Positions 63,195 to 64,000 of a stretch of 64,000 nt of DNA are shown here, one piece after another. The translations under genes were made by a program, and so were the position numbers. The notes under the pieces are model-generated. The model saw only the letters and a list, made by a program, of their open reading frames with translations, searched no databases and was not told the DNA's origin. Position 1 is the stretch's first letter; each line of letters starts with the position of its first letter. The stretch comes from Squalus acanthias (lineage: Eukaryota). The stretch lies in assembly GCA_030390025.1 (NCBI GenBank), contig CM059432.1, forward strand, positions 117,306,001 through 117,370,000, read 5' to 3'.

Positions 63195-64000
63195 CTAGAG
63201 CCCGCACAGCCCGTCTACCTGTGTCCGTTCCGCTATGATGCGTGGAAGCGACCCCTGGTGGAGATGGAGGTAGAGAAGCAGAAGGGTAGTTATTTATTGG
63301 ACACGGGAGCTTCATGCACCGTGATTCATACGGATAGCCCCTTTGACTCACCACTGTCCACCAAGGTCCCATACACATTAGCGGGGTTCACAGGGAAAGA
63401 GCAGGCTGGCGTGTTCTCCATTCCGCTCTCCATTCATTTAGGAGCACTCCACACCACGTGGAAGTGCATACTGATGAAATGGCAAGAGGGGGGTGGGAGA
63501 GGCATCCTCGGATCAGATCTCCTATCGGAGCACGGGATCCTCGTGGACCTTAGGAATCACTGTCTCTGGGGAGCCAAGGGTGGAAAAGGCAAGGTAGTGG
63601 TAATCCCGGGGGAGGAAGGTAAAGGGGCCCTGTGTACCATGAAGCCATCCGGAGGCTACGACCTCGGGCTTATGGTCGCGGATGTCCCAACGGACCTGCA
63701 GACGTACGTGTCAGATAATATGCACGTGTTTGCAACCCACAAGCATGATTGTGGGAGGGTTACCGGGTTTGAGGTCAGCGTAGATGGGGACCCCATGATC
63801 CGGCCCCAAAAGCAGTATAACTTCCCCAAAGAAGCAGAACCCGATATGGAGACAGCAATGTCCTCCTTGGTGCAGCAGGGCGTGTTGAGGCCGATAGCCA
63901 CACACGTGAACTCCCCATTATGGCCGGTTAGGAAGCCGGATAATCCGTGGAGGGCCACGGTGGACTACAGAGTCCTTAACATTAACATTCCCGCCTGCGC
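63195..64000 (+). CDS. pol: Pro-Pol (aspartic protease plus RT N-terminus), in frame with gag, runs off the window
   Basis: Manual translation is open to 64000: YLLDTGAS, GILGSDLL, FATHKHDCG, QKQYNFP, NSPLWPVRKPDNPWRATVDYRVLN. Confidence 0.92.

Noticed and set aside
63150..63200. -1 ribosomal frameshift between gag and pol
   Set aside because: pol is in the same frame as gag and no slippery heptamer is evident.

Overview
This window is vertebrate genomic DNA, most likely from a cartilaginous fish (shark or ray). The basis is the HE1-like and Deu-domain SINEs, CR1 LINEs with an esterase ORF1, and the Penelope-type repeats; the species is an inference. No host gene could be supported. The window is a dense nest of transposable elements. 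It holds five decayed two-gene PIF/Harbinger transposons (a spliced Myb/SANT-like gene convergent with a DDE transposase) and several non-autonomous derivatives or MITEs with related GGGCTGGA(T/A)TTT-type TIRs. It also holds many CR1 LINEs, L2 and a second CR1-superfamily LINE family, an RTE LINE flanked by a ~175-bp direct repeat, Penelope-like fragments carrying minimal hammerhead-ribozyme motifs, a decayed Gypsy element and a solo LTR. At the right edge lies an apparently intact endogenous retrovirus-like element with a 1.6-kb LTR, a tRNA-Arg-type PBS and a 607-aa Gag. Its pro-pol follows gag in the same frame across a single UGA in the readthrough context CAA-UGA-CUAG. Family assignments come from motif recognition by eye; no database searches were run.
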